Shown piece by piece: positions 18,561 to 28,105 of a stretch of DNA of 64,000 nt (the stretch's first letter is position 1; every line of letters begins with the position of its first letter). The stretch spans positions 2,112,001-2,176,000 of the forward strand of contig CAWHDR010000001.1 of the NCBI GenBank assembly GCA_963828165.1. The letters are read 5' to 3'. Under the pieces are notes generated by a model, which ran no database searches, was not told the DNA's origin, and saw only the letters and a list, made by a program, of their open reading frames with translations. The translations under genes were made by a program, and so were the position numbers. The stretch is from an uncultured Chloroflexia bacterium. GTDB lineage: Bacteria > Chloroflexota > Limnocylindria > Limnocylindrales > CSP1-4.

Positions 18561-19610
18561 GTGTCGGAATTCTGCCCGCAATGCGGGGCAGCGCGCCTTG
18601 GCGCGTTCCGCTTCTGCCGCGGTTGCCGTCTCGACTTCGACGCGCTCGTGCCCGATGGCGGAGCTCCTGTTGCGAGCCTCCCTCCTAGTCAACCACCCTT
18701 GGCCGGCCCTGCCGCTGGCCACACGGGTCGCCGATTCACGCGACGTCGCGTGCTCATCGGCTGCTTTGCCACCCTGTTTGGGCTAGCCGCCATCGGATCG
18801 CTCGTGCCCCCAGATCCCGACCTTGGGACGGCCGCGGTTTCAAATCCGACGCCGACGGCGCTCGTTACGGCGACGCCGGCGTCGACTGACGAACTTCTTC
18901 CGGGTCCAGTCGCCGCATTCGGTCCGATTGGTCCGACGACGGAGGCGACGGTCGTGCGGGTCGTCGACGGTGACACGATCGTGGTCGCCTATGACGGCGC
19001 GGAGCACAGAGTCAGGTACATCGGCATGGATGCTCCTGAGACCGAGGATCCGAACAGCCTGATCGAATGGATGGGTCCGGAGGCGAGTGCCGCGAACGCC
19101 GACTTGGTCGAGGGCCGGACGGTCTTCCTCGAAAAGGATGTCTCCGAAGTCGACCGATTCGATCGCTTGCTTCGCCACGTCTGGCTGGCCGAGGGAACCA
19201 ACTGGACGCTGGTCAACCTCGTGCTCGTCCGCCAGGGCGTCGCGATCGCTCGGAGCTATCCACCCGACGTCAGATACGACGAGCTCTACCGCGCCGGAGT
19301 CGCCGACGCGCAGTCGTCCGCGCTGGGACTCTATGGCTCGACACCTGCGCCAACAGCTAACCCAACGGCAAAACCCACGGCCAATCCAACACCGAAACCG
19401 GCTCCGAAGCCAACCCCGCGTCCGACGCCTAAGCCAACGGCGAAGCCGAAGCCAGCTTCCAAGTGCCACCCTTCGTACAGCCCCTGCCTACCCATTGTTG
19501 GCGACCTCAACTGCCCCGACGTAAGGGCCATGGGCAGGGCCCCGGTCGACGTCATCGGGCCAGATGAATACGGACTCGACCGCGACGATGACGGGCTCGG
19601 TTGCGAGTAG
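18561..19610 (+). CDS. membrane-anchored thermonuclease (SNase) with N-terminal zinc ribbon and C-terminal excalibur-like domain
   Basis: CPQCG..RFCRGC, TM helix, VVDGDTI..VRYIGMDAPE..DRFDRLLR, PTPK linker, GLDRDDDGLGCE. Confidence 0.85.
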   Translation: MSEFCPQCGAARLGAFRFCRGCRLDFDALVPDGGAPVASLPPSQPPLAGPAAGHTGRRFTRRRVLIGCFATLFGLAAIGSLVPPDPDLGTAAVSNPTPTALVTATPASTDELLPGPVAAFGPIGPTTEATVVRVVDGDTIVVAYDGAEHRVRYIGMDAPETEDPNSLIEWMGPEASAANADLVEGRTVFLEKDVSEVDRFDRLLRHVWLAEGTNWTLVNLVLVRQGVAIARSYPPDVRYDELYRAGVADAQSSALGLYGSTPAPTANPTAKPTANPTPKPAPKPTPRPTPKPTAKPKPASKCHPSYSPCLPIVGDLNCPDVRAMGRAPVDVIGPDEYGLDRDDDGLGCE

Positions 19611-19655
19611 GGCTCGGAGAATTGATTGACTGTCGATACGAAAGAGGGAGCATCG

Positions 19656-20411
19656 ATGCGGGATCAGTTCAACGCGTTCGTCGCGAATCACGCGATGGCC
19701 TGGGAGCTGGCCATGGCGGCGTTGGCCATCGTCTACGTGGCGATCGGGTTCGCCCGGGACGCGACTGGGACACCGGCGCCGGCGGTTGAGATGGGGGAGC
19801 TGGTCCTGACGGTCGTCTTCGTCGCCGAGTTCGCGACCCGAATCGCGGCTACCAGAAACCGTGGTCGGTACCTGCGCGACCACGTACTCGACCTTGTCGC
19901 CCTCATCCCCATCGCTCGCGGCGTCCGAGTCTTCAGGCTGCTCAGGCTGCTCAGGCTCGTCCGGGCGTTCACCGGACTTCGCCGCGCCTTCCTCAGCGTC
20001 GAGCGCGTCGCCAACCACCACGGCCTAGGAACGTTGGTGATCGCCTGGTTCGGCACGATGCTCCTCTGTTCGTGGGCATTCCTGCTGGCGGAGAGTGGGT
20101 CCAACCCCCTCGTTGACGATGCCGGCGACGCAATGTGGTGGGGACTGATGACGCTGACCGGTGGACCGTCAACGATCCAGGCTGTCACGCTCGAGGGCCA
20201 ATGGATCACGGCCATCCTGTTGATCGTCGGTGTGGCACTTTTTACGGGCATCACCGCCGTACTGGTGAGCTTCCTCGTCGCCACCGATCGAAAGCCAGGA
20301 TTTGCGGACGATCTTCGTTCGCTCGAAACTGCCCGAGCCGAAGGCACCATCACCGAGGCTGAGTTCGAACAGACCAGGGCCGCGATCCTCGCCCGCCTTC
20401 AACGGGCGTAG
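19656..20411 (+). CDS. 6-TM voltage-gated ion channel family protein with C-terminal SHOCT-like domain
   Basis: S4 RGVRVFRLLRLLRLVR; pore helix DAMWWGLMT; tail GTITEAEFEQTRAAIL. Confidence 0.85.
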   Translation: MRDQFNAFVANHAMAWELAMAALAIVYVAIGFARDATGTPAPAVEMGELVLTVVFVAEFATRIAATRNRGRYLRDHVLDLVALIPIARGVRVFRLLRLLRLVRAFTGLRRAFLSVERVANHHGLGTLVIAWFGTMLLCSWAFLLAESGSNPLVDDAGDAMWWGLMTLTGGPSTIQAVTLEGQWITAILLIVGVALFTGITAVLVSFLVATDRKPGFADDLRSLETARAEGTITEAEFEQTRAAILARLQRA

Positions 20412-20434
20412 AAGTCCCCGTCCTAAGGAGCGCC

Positions 20435-21034
20435 ATGGCGCCTGTCCCACCTCCCATCCGGGTCCCCGGTCCGGCCGGTCCAGCGCCGAGGTGCACCGAA
20501 TGCGGCGCTCTCAGGGCGATCGACGCCAGGTTCTGTCCGGAATGTGGGACCGCCTACAGCCCCGCTGCGGCGCGACCGACGAAGGTTCGAGCCGACATGG
20601 GTGTGGGCGCCGGGTTCCGCTTCGGCATCGGCTTCTTTCTCGCGGCGGCGTTGTTTTCGGTCATCGCGTCGCTCGTTTCGCTCCTCTTGCTGGGAGCGTT
20701 CGTCAGCGCCATCACCACATCGATCGCTGGACTGGGCTCAACTGGATCATCGAGTTTTGATGGGTCAGGAAACGCCGAGTCCACGCCGTTCCGCCTGAAG
20801 GGCGATGTCAAGGTGGCGTGGACAGCGACGGCGCCAGGTTCCGCTGCCTGTCGACACCGTGGTGCCCTCACGCGAGCGGATCGACCGATCGCGAGCGAGA
20901 TCGTCGTGGACCTCGCGATCACGACCCAGCAATCGGGAACGTATACGGCCGTGGGCCTGCCCGAGGCCGACTACGTCCTTGATATCGGCTCGACATGCGG
21001 CTGGACGTTTCGACTGACTCCAGAGCAGCCGTAG
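20435..21034 (+). CDS. zinc-ribbon membrane protein
   Basis: CTECG..RFCPECG, TM segment, beta-rich C-terminal domain; AAGGAG RBS. Confidence 0.7.
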   Translation: MAPVPPPIRVPGPAGPAPRCTECGALRAIDARFCPECGTAYSPAAARPTKVRADMGVGAGFRFGIGFFLAAALFSVIASLVSLLLLGAFVSAITTSIAGLGSTGSSSFDGSGNAESTPFRLKGDVKVAWTATAPGSAACRHRGALTRADRPIASEIVVDLAITTQQSGTYTAVGLPEADYVLDIGSTCGWTFRLTPEQP

Positions 21035-21184
21035 GTCGAACGAGCGGCAACGACCGTCGGATCGACGGCGTCGTGCTCGCAACCATGGATGTTCGACCAC
21101 ATTGCTTCGGCGCAGCCGCAAGCATCGCTATGCTGGATGCGCGTCCTGATATCGCCTGCTTGCGAACCCCTTGGAGATTGCCTC

Positions 21185-21652
21185 ATGACGGTCGCGCAAC
21201 CCAAATCCCCACGGCTTCCACCGCGGTTCATCGTTCGTGGCGCCTGGGTGCTGCACCGCGCCATGCATCGGCTGACCGGCGGTCGCCGCGGACTCTGGAA
21301 GCCGCGACCCGGAAAGTGGGGGACGATGCGACTCACGACGGTCGGCCGCAAGACCGGCAATGAGCGCAGCGCGATCCTCGGCTATTACGAAGACGGGCCG
21401 AACCTCGTCACGATGGCGATGAACGGTTGGGCGGAACCCGAGCCCGCCTGGTGGCTCAACCTGCAGGCCAAACCCGACGTGACCGTCGAGCTGAAGGACG
21501 GCACCCGTGCGGTCAGGGGTCGTGCGGCCGAAGGCGCCGAACGGGAGCGCCTGTGGGCGAGGTGGAGCGAGTTTGGCGACGCTCCCGACGGCTACGCAAG
21601 CCGACGTCCGACCCAGACGGAGGTCGTGGTCCTCGAGCCGCGGACCGACTGA
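21185..21652 (+). CDS. deazaflavin (F420)-dependent nitroreductase family protein
   Basis: LTTVGRKTG..R, NGW....PAWWLNLQAKP, ERERLW. Confidence 0.9.
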   Translation: MTVAQPKSPRLPPRFIVRGAWVLHRAMHRLTGGRRGLWKPRPGKWGTMRLTTVGRKTGNERSAILGYYEDGPNLVTMAMNGWAEPEPAWWLNLQAKPDVTVELKDGTRAVRGRAAEGAERERLWARWSEFGDAPDGYASRRPTQTEVVVLEPRTD

Positions 21653-21668
21653 GCCGCCACCGACAGCA

Positions 21669-22160
21669 TCAGCTCAGCGGCTGGCTTCGCTCCCCCTCCC
21701 CGGGCTTCCAGATCGTGATCGTCAGCTGGCCGTCCCGGAATTCGACCGACGAGGCGCCGGCGAGGTCGGCGACGTAGAACGGATCGAACTTCTGGCCCCG
21801 GAGGTCGAACCCGGACTCCGCGAACAGGTCCTCGGCAAACCGCGCGTGCAGCTCCAGATCCTGGACGTTCCGCGCCTCGCCCCAGACCTTGGCGTCACCG
21901 TCGGTAAGGTGCGTATCGACCGTCGCGGTGTGCAGGGAGAACCGCGGATCGCGAGCCAGGTCGCGGAACTTCGTCGTGTTCGGCATCCCGACGAGGACCA
22001 GGTGACCATCGAGGATCCGCGGCTCCATCGGGCTGATGCGGGGAGCTCCATCGGATCGAAGCGTGGCCAGGAAGCAGAGGTTGCCCGTCGCCTTGTGGCG
22101 GCGCACGAATACCTCGGCGATCCCCGGCGCTTCCCGGGCGAGTTCGTTCCAGTCGACCAT
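21669..22160 (-). CDS. pyridoxamine 5'-phosphate oxidase family protein
   Basis: FLATLRSDGAPRISPMEP, KFRDLARDPRFSLH. Confidence 0.85.
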   Translation of the reverse strand: MVDWNELAREAPGIAEVFVRRHKATGNLCFLATLRSDGAPRISPMEPRILDGHLVLVGMPNTTKFRDLARDPRFSLHTATVDTHLTDGDAKVWGEARNVQDLELHARFAEDLFAESGFDLRGQKFDPFYVADLAGASSVEFRDGQLTITIWKPGEGERSQPLS

Positions 22161-22182
22161 CCGCCAAGACTACGATGGGCGC

Positions 22183-22558
22183 GTGACGGACGTGCGTTCG
22201 GGTCGCATGGACGAGGGGCGCGCCGCGCTCGCCGACTACCAGTGGGCGGCGGCACTCGCGGCCTTCCGGCCATCGCGCTCATTCGCCTCCGTCGAGCAGC
22301 GGCCGACGTACGTTCGACGCGGCCCTCGCCGACCACCAACGCGCCCGCGATGAGCGGACCCGCGCGATGTTCGATTTCACCAAGCAGCTTGTCGGCTTCG
22401 ACCCACCGAGCGAGGAGGACGCCGCGCTCTTCGCGGCCATCGCCGCCGATACCCAGGCCTCCAACGACTTCGCCAGCGTCCTTGCCGGCACGATGTCCGT
22501 CGAGGCGTTCTTCGATCCGGCGAACCTCGGCCGCCTGATCGGCGAACCTGCGGCCTAA
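22183..22558 (+). pseudogene. chimeric remnant: short regulator-like N-terminus joined out of frame to the C-terminus of an FAD-dependent oxidoreductase
   Basis: DEGRAALADYQWAAAL in one frame; SGRRTFDAALADHQRARDERTRAMFDFTKQL...FFDPANLGRLIG in another; no FAD-binding N-terminus. Confidence 0.5.
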
Positions 22559-22562
22559 CCGC

Positions 22563-23207
22563 TCACGGGTCCACCCTGATCGACCCAGCGGCGACCCCTT
22601 CCATGAGGCCGACGAGGACTGCCACGACCTCGTCGTCGGAGAGGCCGCCGCCAGCCAGGGATCGCCACGTCGTGAAGGCGATGGCGTGGCCCAGCACGGC
22701 CTTGAAGGTCAGCTGGCGGTCCGGTTCGATCTGCCAGCCCTCGATCAACGTGTCGATCAGCGCGATCATCCGCGCCTCGAACGCGTCTGGCGTCGTCGAT
22801 GGTGGCGCACCGGGATCAACGTCGAAGAGGACGTTGCCGAGCATCTGCTCGTTCGCCCGGTACCAGGCGATCATCTCGGTCAGGCCGTGCCGCAGCCGGT
22901 CCAGCGGGCCGGCGATCGTGCGCCACCCGTCCGGTTCCGGCATGCGGGTCGAGCGGATCCCGTGCACCGTGCAAGCCTCGTAGAGCAATTCGAGATCCGG
23001 GAAGTGCGCATAGACCGTGTGCCGCTGCAGACCGGCGCGCTCGGCGATGGCGCGGATCGTGGTGCGCGACGGGCCGACCGTCGCATGGAGCTCGAAGGTC
23101 GCGGCGACGATGCGCTCGCGCGTTTGCTCGACCGCGGTCTGCCGGCGGCCCATCCGGTATGGCCGGCGCGCCGCCGGCGTTCGATCGGGTTTCGTCTGCC
23201 CAGCCAT
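22563..23207 (-). CDS. TetR family transcriptional regulator
   Basis: TRERIVAAT..TTIRAIAERAGLQRHTVYAHFPD. Confidence 0.9.
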   Translation of the reverse strand: MAGQTKPDRTPAARRPYRMGRRQTAVEQTRERIVAATFELHATVGPSRTTIRAIAERAGLQRHTVYAHFPDLELLYEACTVHGIRSTRMPEPDGWRTIAGPLDRLRHGLTEMIAWYRANEQMLGNVLFDVDPGAPPSTTPDAFEARMIALIDTLIEGWQIEPDRQLTFKAVLGHAIAFTTWRSLAGGGLSDDEVVAVLVGLMEGVAAGSIRVDP

Positions 23208-23221
23208 GTGCACCGAAAGTA

Positions 23222-23280
23222 TTGACCGCGGCCGGTGTGGGCGCTATGGTCTGTCGCACATGATTGCACATGCATGTGCA
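23222..23280 (+). promoter_or_regulatory. sigma-70 promoter with TetR-type operator for the cupin gene
   Basis: TTGACC-N17-TATGGT (23222-23250); perfect palindrome TGCACATGCATGTGCA at 23265-23280. Confidence 0.7.
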
Positions 23281-23300
23281 TCGAAATTGGAGGCGAGCTG

Positions 23301-23804
23301 ATGACGGTCGTCGAGCGGACGCGATACCTGGTGGAGCCCGGGGCGGGGGAGATGATCTGGGACGGCCCGATCGACACCACCGTCAAGGTGCCGACGGAGA
23401 CGACGCACGGGGCGCTATCGATCACCGAGATGGCGGTCAAGCCCGGGTTCATGGTGCCGCCACACGTCCACAGCGACACCGACGAGTGGTCGTACGTGCT
23501 CTTCGGGCGTATCGGCGCGCGGATCGGCGACGACGAGTTCACCGCCGAACCCGGCAGCTGGATCCTCAAGCCGCGCGGCCTGATGCACACCTTCTGGAAT
23601 GCCGGGCCCGAGCCGGCTCGCATCATCGAGCTGCTGACGCCCGGCGCCTTCGAGCACATGTTCCGCGGGATGGCCGACCTCGCGGCGTGCGACGAGCTGA
23701 CCGCCGAACGGATGGATAGCCTGGGCGTCGAGTTCGGGACGACGATGGACATGGCATGGGTGCCCGACCTGGCGGCCCGGTACGGAGTCGAGGTCGCGCT
23801 CTAG
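23301..23804 (+). CDS. cupin domain protein
   Basis: PPHVHSDTDEWSYVL..G, KPRGLMHTFWN; GGAGG RBS. Confidence 0.9.
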   Translation: MTVVERTRYLVEPGAGEMIWDGPIDTTVKVPTETTHGALSITEMAVKPGFMVPPHVHSDTDEWSYVLFGRIGARIGDDEFTAEPGSWILKPRGLMHTFWNAGPEPARIIELLTPGAFEHMFRGMADLAACDELTAERMDSLGVEFGTTMDMAWVPDLAARYGVEVAL

Positions 23805-23884
23805 AGACGGGTCGGTGCCGCCGCCCCCGAAGAAGAGCCTGGAGCATCCGGCACACAGGCGGTGGGATCGACCCGATATGCGAG

Positions 23885-24751
23885 CTAGCCAACGAACCGA
23901 GCGACCACGGCCGCGGTCGCGTCCGGTTGCTCGAGCTGGGGTAGGTCCCCGGCGCCCTCGATGGTGATCCGTTCCAGGTGGGCGTTCGCGGCGACAAGCG
24001 ATTCCGCGGCCGCGGGGTCGGTGAAGTGCGGGTGATCCCCGAAGAGGAGGAGCGTCGGGTTCGAGAGCCGCTGGTAGGCGTCCTCGGCGCGTGGATCATT
24101 GAGTAGTCCGGAGACGAATGCCAGCGGAGCCCGGTAGGCGCCCGGCTGCTGGCTTGTGTGCCAGCAGTACCGCTCGTACTCGCGCGGGACCCCCTCCGGA
24201 TGCGCGAAGGTCTGCCGGAGGAACCAGCGGATCACCTGGCGCCGAGCGAGCACCGCGAAGATCAGCCGACCGACCCCCGTCCGACGCAGGAACCGATAAA
24301 GGTTCCGCGAGGATCGGCCGGCGCTGCCTTTGAAGCGGCCGAATCCGGTCGGACTGATGAAGACGATGCGACCGAAACGGTCCGGATGCTCCGCGGCCGC
24401 GACGACGACGTACTGCGCCGGAAGGGAGAGGGCGACGACATCGACCGAGGCCTCGCCCGGCTGCAGGGCGGCCACCCGGATACGTTCGAGCTGCTCGCCA
24501 TAGAGTTCCCAGCCATATGGCGCGTCGGGCCGATCAGATGTCCCGAACCCGAGCCAGTCGACCAGCACCACCCGCCGATGCTCCGCCAGCCGGATGGCCA
24601 GCGGAGCCAGCTCCATGCCGGTACCGGCTGCGTTGAAGCTGTGCAGGAGCAGGATCGTTCGTCCCTCGCCCAGCTGATAGGCGCTCACCCTGCCGGCCGC
24701 GGTCTCCAGATCAAATGGGACACCGGCTACGGGAGGCGGCAGGGGGTTCAC
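23885..24751 (-). CDS. alpha/beta fold hydrolase
   Basis: LLLHSFNA, DWLGFGTSDRP, VALSLP, GDLPQLEQP; GTG start overlaps upstream stop (GTGA). Confidence 0.85.
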   Translation of the reverse strand: MNPLPPPVAGVPFDLETAAGRVSAYQLGEGRTILLLHSFNAAGTGMELAPLAIRLAEHRRVVLVDWLGFGTSDRPDAPYGWELYGEQLERIRVAALQPGEASVDVVALSLPAQYVVVAAAEHPDRFGRIVFISPTGFGRFKGSAGRSSRNLYRFLRRTGVGRLIFAVLARRQVIRWFLRQTFAHPEGVPREYERYCWHTSQQPGAYRAPLAFVSGLLNDPRAEDAYQRLSNPTLLLFGDHPHFTDPAAAESLVAANAHLERITIEGAGDLPQLEQPDATAAVVARFVG

Positions 24752-25596
24752 GCCCGCGCCCGCAGCTCTTCGATCAGGTCGCCGAGCCCGCGCGGATCGG
24801 CGACCCAGCCGTCCGCACCGAGATCGAGCGCCACGCGCCCGTCCGGGATCGCGTTTCCGCCGACCAGGCGGGGAACCGACGGACGTTCGCGAAGGGCGGC
24901 GGCCAGAAGGCGTCCGGCCGCCGGACGGCGCTCGGTGTCGACGACACTCACGACGACCGCGGCGAGAGATCCCGCACCACGAATTGCAGCGACGAGCGAC
25001 GCGGCCGGCGTGTCGGGGCCCAGGTTGAGCACCCCGTAGCCGGCTTCCGTCAGGATGTCGGCGAGCATCGCTACCCCGAGTCCGTGACGCTCGCCGGATG
25101 GCATCGCCAGGATGACGATGTCCTTCTTGCGGCCCGGGCGCACGAACCGAGGGCCCAGGCGTCCGATCAGGGTCGTGGCCACGCTGCTCGCGAGATGCTC
25201 CTGATCGATGGTGATCGCGCCGTCCTGCCATGACGCCCCGATGGCGTGCAACGACGGTGCCAGGATGCGGACATGGACCTCGGCCGGCGCGAAGCCCGAG
25301 GCCATGGCAGCCTCGATGACTTGCCAACTACCGGCGACGTCCCCGCTGAGCATCCGCGCCTGAAGTCGCTCCTGCCACACCGACACCCGCGGATGGCTAC
25401 GCCCGCGGCGGCGGCGACCACGTTCGGGCGGCGTCGGCGTCCGCTCGAGATCGGCGCGAGCGATCGTCCACGTCCCTCCGACCTTCCGGGCGGGCAGGAT
25501 CCCCAGCCGGACTCGACGATAGATCGTCATGTAGTGGACGCCGAGAAGATCGGCGGCCTCGTGCAGGCTGAGATGACGTGCGGGGTCCGACGGCAT
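24748..25596 (-). CDS. CarH/LitR-like cobalamin-binding regulator (MerR/excisionase-type HTH, four-helix bundle, B12-binding domain)
   Basis: LSLHEAADLLGVHYMTIYRRVRLG; W..GAITIDQEH motif; GERHGLG base-off/His-on motif. Confidence 0.85.
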   Translation of the reverse strand: MPSDPARHLSLHEAADLLGVHYMTIYRRVRLGILPARKVGGTWTIARADLERTPTPPERGRRRRGRSHPRVSVWQERLQARMLSGDVAGSWQVIEAAMASGFAPAEVHVRILAPSLHAIGASWQDGAITIDQEHLASSVATTLIGRLGPRFVRPGRKKDIVILAMPSGERHGLGVAMLADILTEAGYGVLNLGPDTPAASLVAAIRGAGSLAAVVVSVVDTERRPAAGRLLAAALRERPSVPRLVGGNAIPDGRVALDLGADGWVADPRGLGDLIEELRARA

Positions 25597-26387
25597 CAGC
25601 CCGCCAGCGTCCCCGCGAAGACCTGCCAGGCGAGCGCCGACTTCGCGACCAGGCTGAGCACGAAATAGGCCCTCTCGCCGAACACGTACGACTTCCATCG
25701 ACCGACCCGCCGGTATTGGAGCCACATGTTAAGCGCGAAGATGTTGAAGAAGACGAAGAGCGAGACGAAGATCGCGTAGACGAAGGCGGGCGGCTCGGCG
25801 GCGCTACCGGGCGACCAGAGGTAGACGCCCACGGCCAACCACGGCGCGATCCCGACGACGCATCCAAGCCAGAACGGCCAAAGCGAACCGCCCGGTCGCT
25901 CGTATCGCTCCTGGACCGCACCGAAGAGGATCATGGCCGCATTGGCCGCGAAGATGCCGATCAGCGCCGCGATATCGCTGATCCCGGTGAGCATGGCGAT
26001 GAGCGCGATCATGACCGACGATGAGAGCGAATACTCGGCCCAGCGGAAGTAGTTGTGCTGCGCCGCCAGGCCGGAGGTGTAGCGCTCGAAGACACCGGGC
26101 ACCGCCACGAGCCAGTGGAAGGCTGCGGACAGCAGCAGGAAGAGCGCGACGCCCCACGCCACGGAGACTTCGAACAGGGTGGTCGGCGGGCCTGCGGGAG
26201 TTCCCGGTGGGCCCTCCATGAACGTCGCGGTGACCGGCAGCGCGAAGGCGGTGGCGAGCGCGAGCACGGCCACGGCCTGGACGGCATGGAGGAAGCCAAG
26301 CCCGATGTTCCAGCGCCGCAGCGACGCGACCTGGGAGCCGGGGAGTTCGACGATGGGCGCGGTCATGGATTGGCCGGTGGCGATCAC
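25596..26387 (-). CDS. heR: heliorhodopsin
   Basis: LRRWN...LHAVQ, NYFRWAEYSLSSSVM, GERAYFVLSLVAKSALAWQ (retinal Lys in SLVAK). Confidence 0.93.
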   Translation of the reverse strand: MIATGQSMTAPIVELPGSQVASLRRWNIGLGFLHAVQAVAVLALATAFALPVTATFMEGPPGTPAGPPTTLFEVSVAWGVALFLLLSAAFHWLVAVPGVFERYTSGLAAQHNYFRWAEYSLSSSVMIALIAMLTGISDIAALIGIFAANAAMILFGAVQERYERPGGSLWPFWLGCVVGIAPWLAVGVYLWSPGSAAEPPAFVYAIFVSLFVFFNIFALNMWLQYRRVGRWKSYVFGERAYFVLSLVAKSALAWQVFAGTLAG

Positions 26388-26465
26388 GGCTGTTCCTTCG
26401 CGGTATGAGGCTGGGGTCTGGGGTGACGGATGGGCGCTGTGTCAGATGATCAACTCGACCGGCGC

Positions 26466-26494
26466 AGTATTTAGCACTAAATCCGATCTGTCAA
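26466..26494 (-). promoter_or_regulatory. heliorhodopsin operon promoter with palindromic operator
   Basis: TTGACA-N17-AATACT; ATTTAG-CA-CTAAAT dyad at 26469-26482. Confidence 0.6.
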
Positions 26495-26617
26495 GCAAGG
26501 ATCCCGCGAGGTCGTGACAGGAGTCGACGCCGGTTGGTACATCTGTCCATAGGTCCCACCACCTCGACAGCTGACAGTTCGCTACGCAACTACCTGCTAT
26601 CGAGGAACTGTCACCAC

Positions 26618-27058
26618 ATGCGTACCCACCGACCCCTGATCTCCGCCCTCCTTGCCCTCGTCGCGCTTGCGGGATTCGCCCCCGCTGCCCTCGGCGCCGG
26701 CGCGACCACCCAGACCTTCCGCGACTCGTTCCAGCTCATCGACGACCACGGCGATGAGGCGTACATCTTCGACGTCGAAGCGGTCTCCCACCTGACCACG
26801 CGCCCGGACGGGACGATGTCCGTGACCTACAACCAGCGACAGGTGCAAACGCACACGGTCGGGGGCGTGGTCGTCGACGTCATCATCTCGAACTCGGCGC
26901 AGCACTCGCTGTCGCTCGGCGAGGACATGACGTTCGTGAGCCACACCAGCGCGCACGATCGCTACAGAGCGGGCGACGATGCCTGCCAGACCACGACCCT
27001 GTGGCAGGTCGTGGACAACGAGCTTGTCATGCAGCACTTCAAGAGCGTCTGCCCGTAG
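26618..27058 (+). CDS. hypothetical secreted protein
   Basis: Signal peptide MRTHRPLISALLALVALAGFAPAALG; beta-rich body. Confidence 0.75.
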   Translation: MRTHRPLISALLALVALAGFAPAALGAGATTQTFRDSFQLIDDHGDEAYIFDVEAVSHLTTRPDGTMSVTYNQRQVQTHTVGGVVVDVIISNSAQHSLSLGEDMTFVSHTSAHDRYRAGDDACQTTTLWQVVDNELVMQHFKSVCP

Positions 27059-27160
27059 GGGACGACAGGCCGGGGAGGGCCGGCGAACCGATCCTCCCCT
27101 ACGCCCTCACGTGAGCCGTACCCGGCGGCCCGAGCGGTCGACTGGTACATTCCCGCCGGG

Positions 27161-28045
27161 ATGAAGCACTTCTTGGCCAGCCTGCGCCCGGATCGCGACT
27201 TCGAGGCGGCCCGTACCGCCCTCGACGAAGGTCGATTTGACGACGCGGAGTCGGGCTTTCGAGCCGAGATCGAGGCCGGCAGGGGGACACCGGCGACCTG
27301 GTTCAACCTTGGACTGGTCTACAAGTTCCGGCACGACTGGGCGAACGCACGGGAGGCGAATTTGCGATGCCTGGAGCTTCGACCGGGGGACCATGAAGCG
27401 ACCTGGAACCTCGGCGTCGCCGCGACGGCGCTGCGCGACTGGTCGACGGCACGGGACGCCTGGCGCGGCCTGGCGATCGATGTCGGCGACGGCGAGGGCG
27501 AGCCGATCACCGATCTCGGACCAGCGCCCATCCGGCTCAACGCCGGTCCGGACGGGGAGGGTGAGGTGGTCTGGGGAACGCGGATCGATCCGTGCCGCTC
27601 GCGCATCGAGTCGATCCCGCTGCCGGAATCGGGTCATCGATGGCACGACGTCGTCCTGCATGACGTCGTCCCACGCGGCGAGCGGATGATCCAGGGGTAC
27701 AAGCGATCGGTCTTCGACGAGCTCGAGCGGATGGACCCGTCCCCCGCGCCGACCCACGTCGCCGAGATCGCCTGGTCGACCGACGCAGACGAGGAGGCTC
27801 TCCAGGCCGAGATCCTGGATCGAGACCTGGGCGGCGAGGACTGGAGCCAGAACCTCCAGATGATCTGCGCGGCGTGCAGCCTCGCCAGCGTCCACGAACA
27901 CGACGGCGTCGAGGCGCCGCAAGTTGGGGTCCACCGGTTCGCCTTCGCCGGCGACACGCAGCACATCACCGACGCGCTGCGCGCCTGGGCGTCGAACGGC
28001 GACGGCAAGCGTGTCGTGCTGACCGAACCCGAGGTCGTCGGCTAG
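27161..28045 (+). CDS. TPR-containing protein with C-terminal CxxC..HEH motif
   Basis: WFNLGLVYK and WNLGVAATAL TPR helices; ICAACS. Confidence 0.8.
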   Translation: MKHFLASLRPDRDFEAARTALDEGRFDDAESGFRAEIEAGRGTPATWFNLGLVYKFRHDWANAREANLRCLELRPGDHEATWNLGVAATALRDWSTARDAWRGLAIDVGDGEGEPITDLGPAPIRLNAGPDGEGEVVWGTRIDPCRSRIESIPLPESGHRWHDVVLHDVVPRGERMIQGYKRSVFDELERMDPSPAPTHVAEIAWSTDADEEALQAEILDRDLGGEDWSQNLQMICAACSLASVHEHDGVEAPQVGVHRFAFAGDTQHITDALRAWASNGDGKRVVLTEPEVVG

Positions 28046-28105
28046 CGTCGTTGGAACGCATCTGCTGTTTCGATATCCTGTGCACCCGATGCAGAGGAGT
28101 CGACG

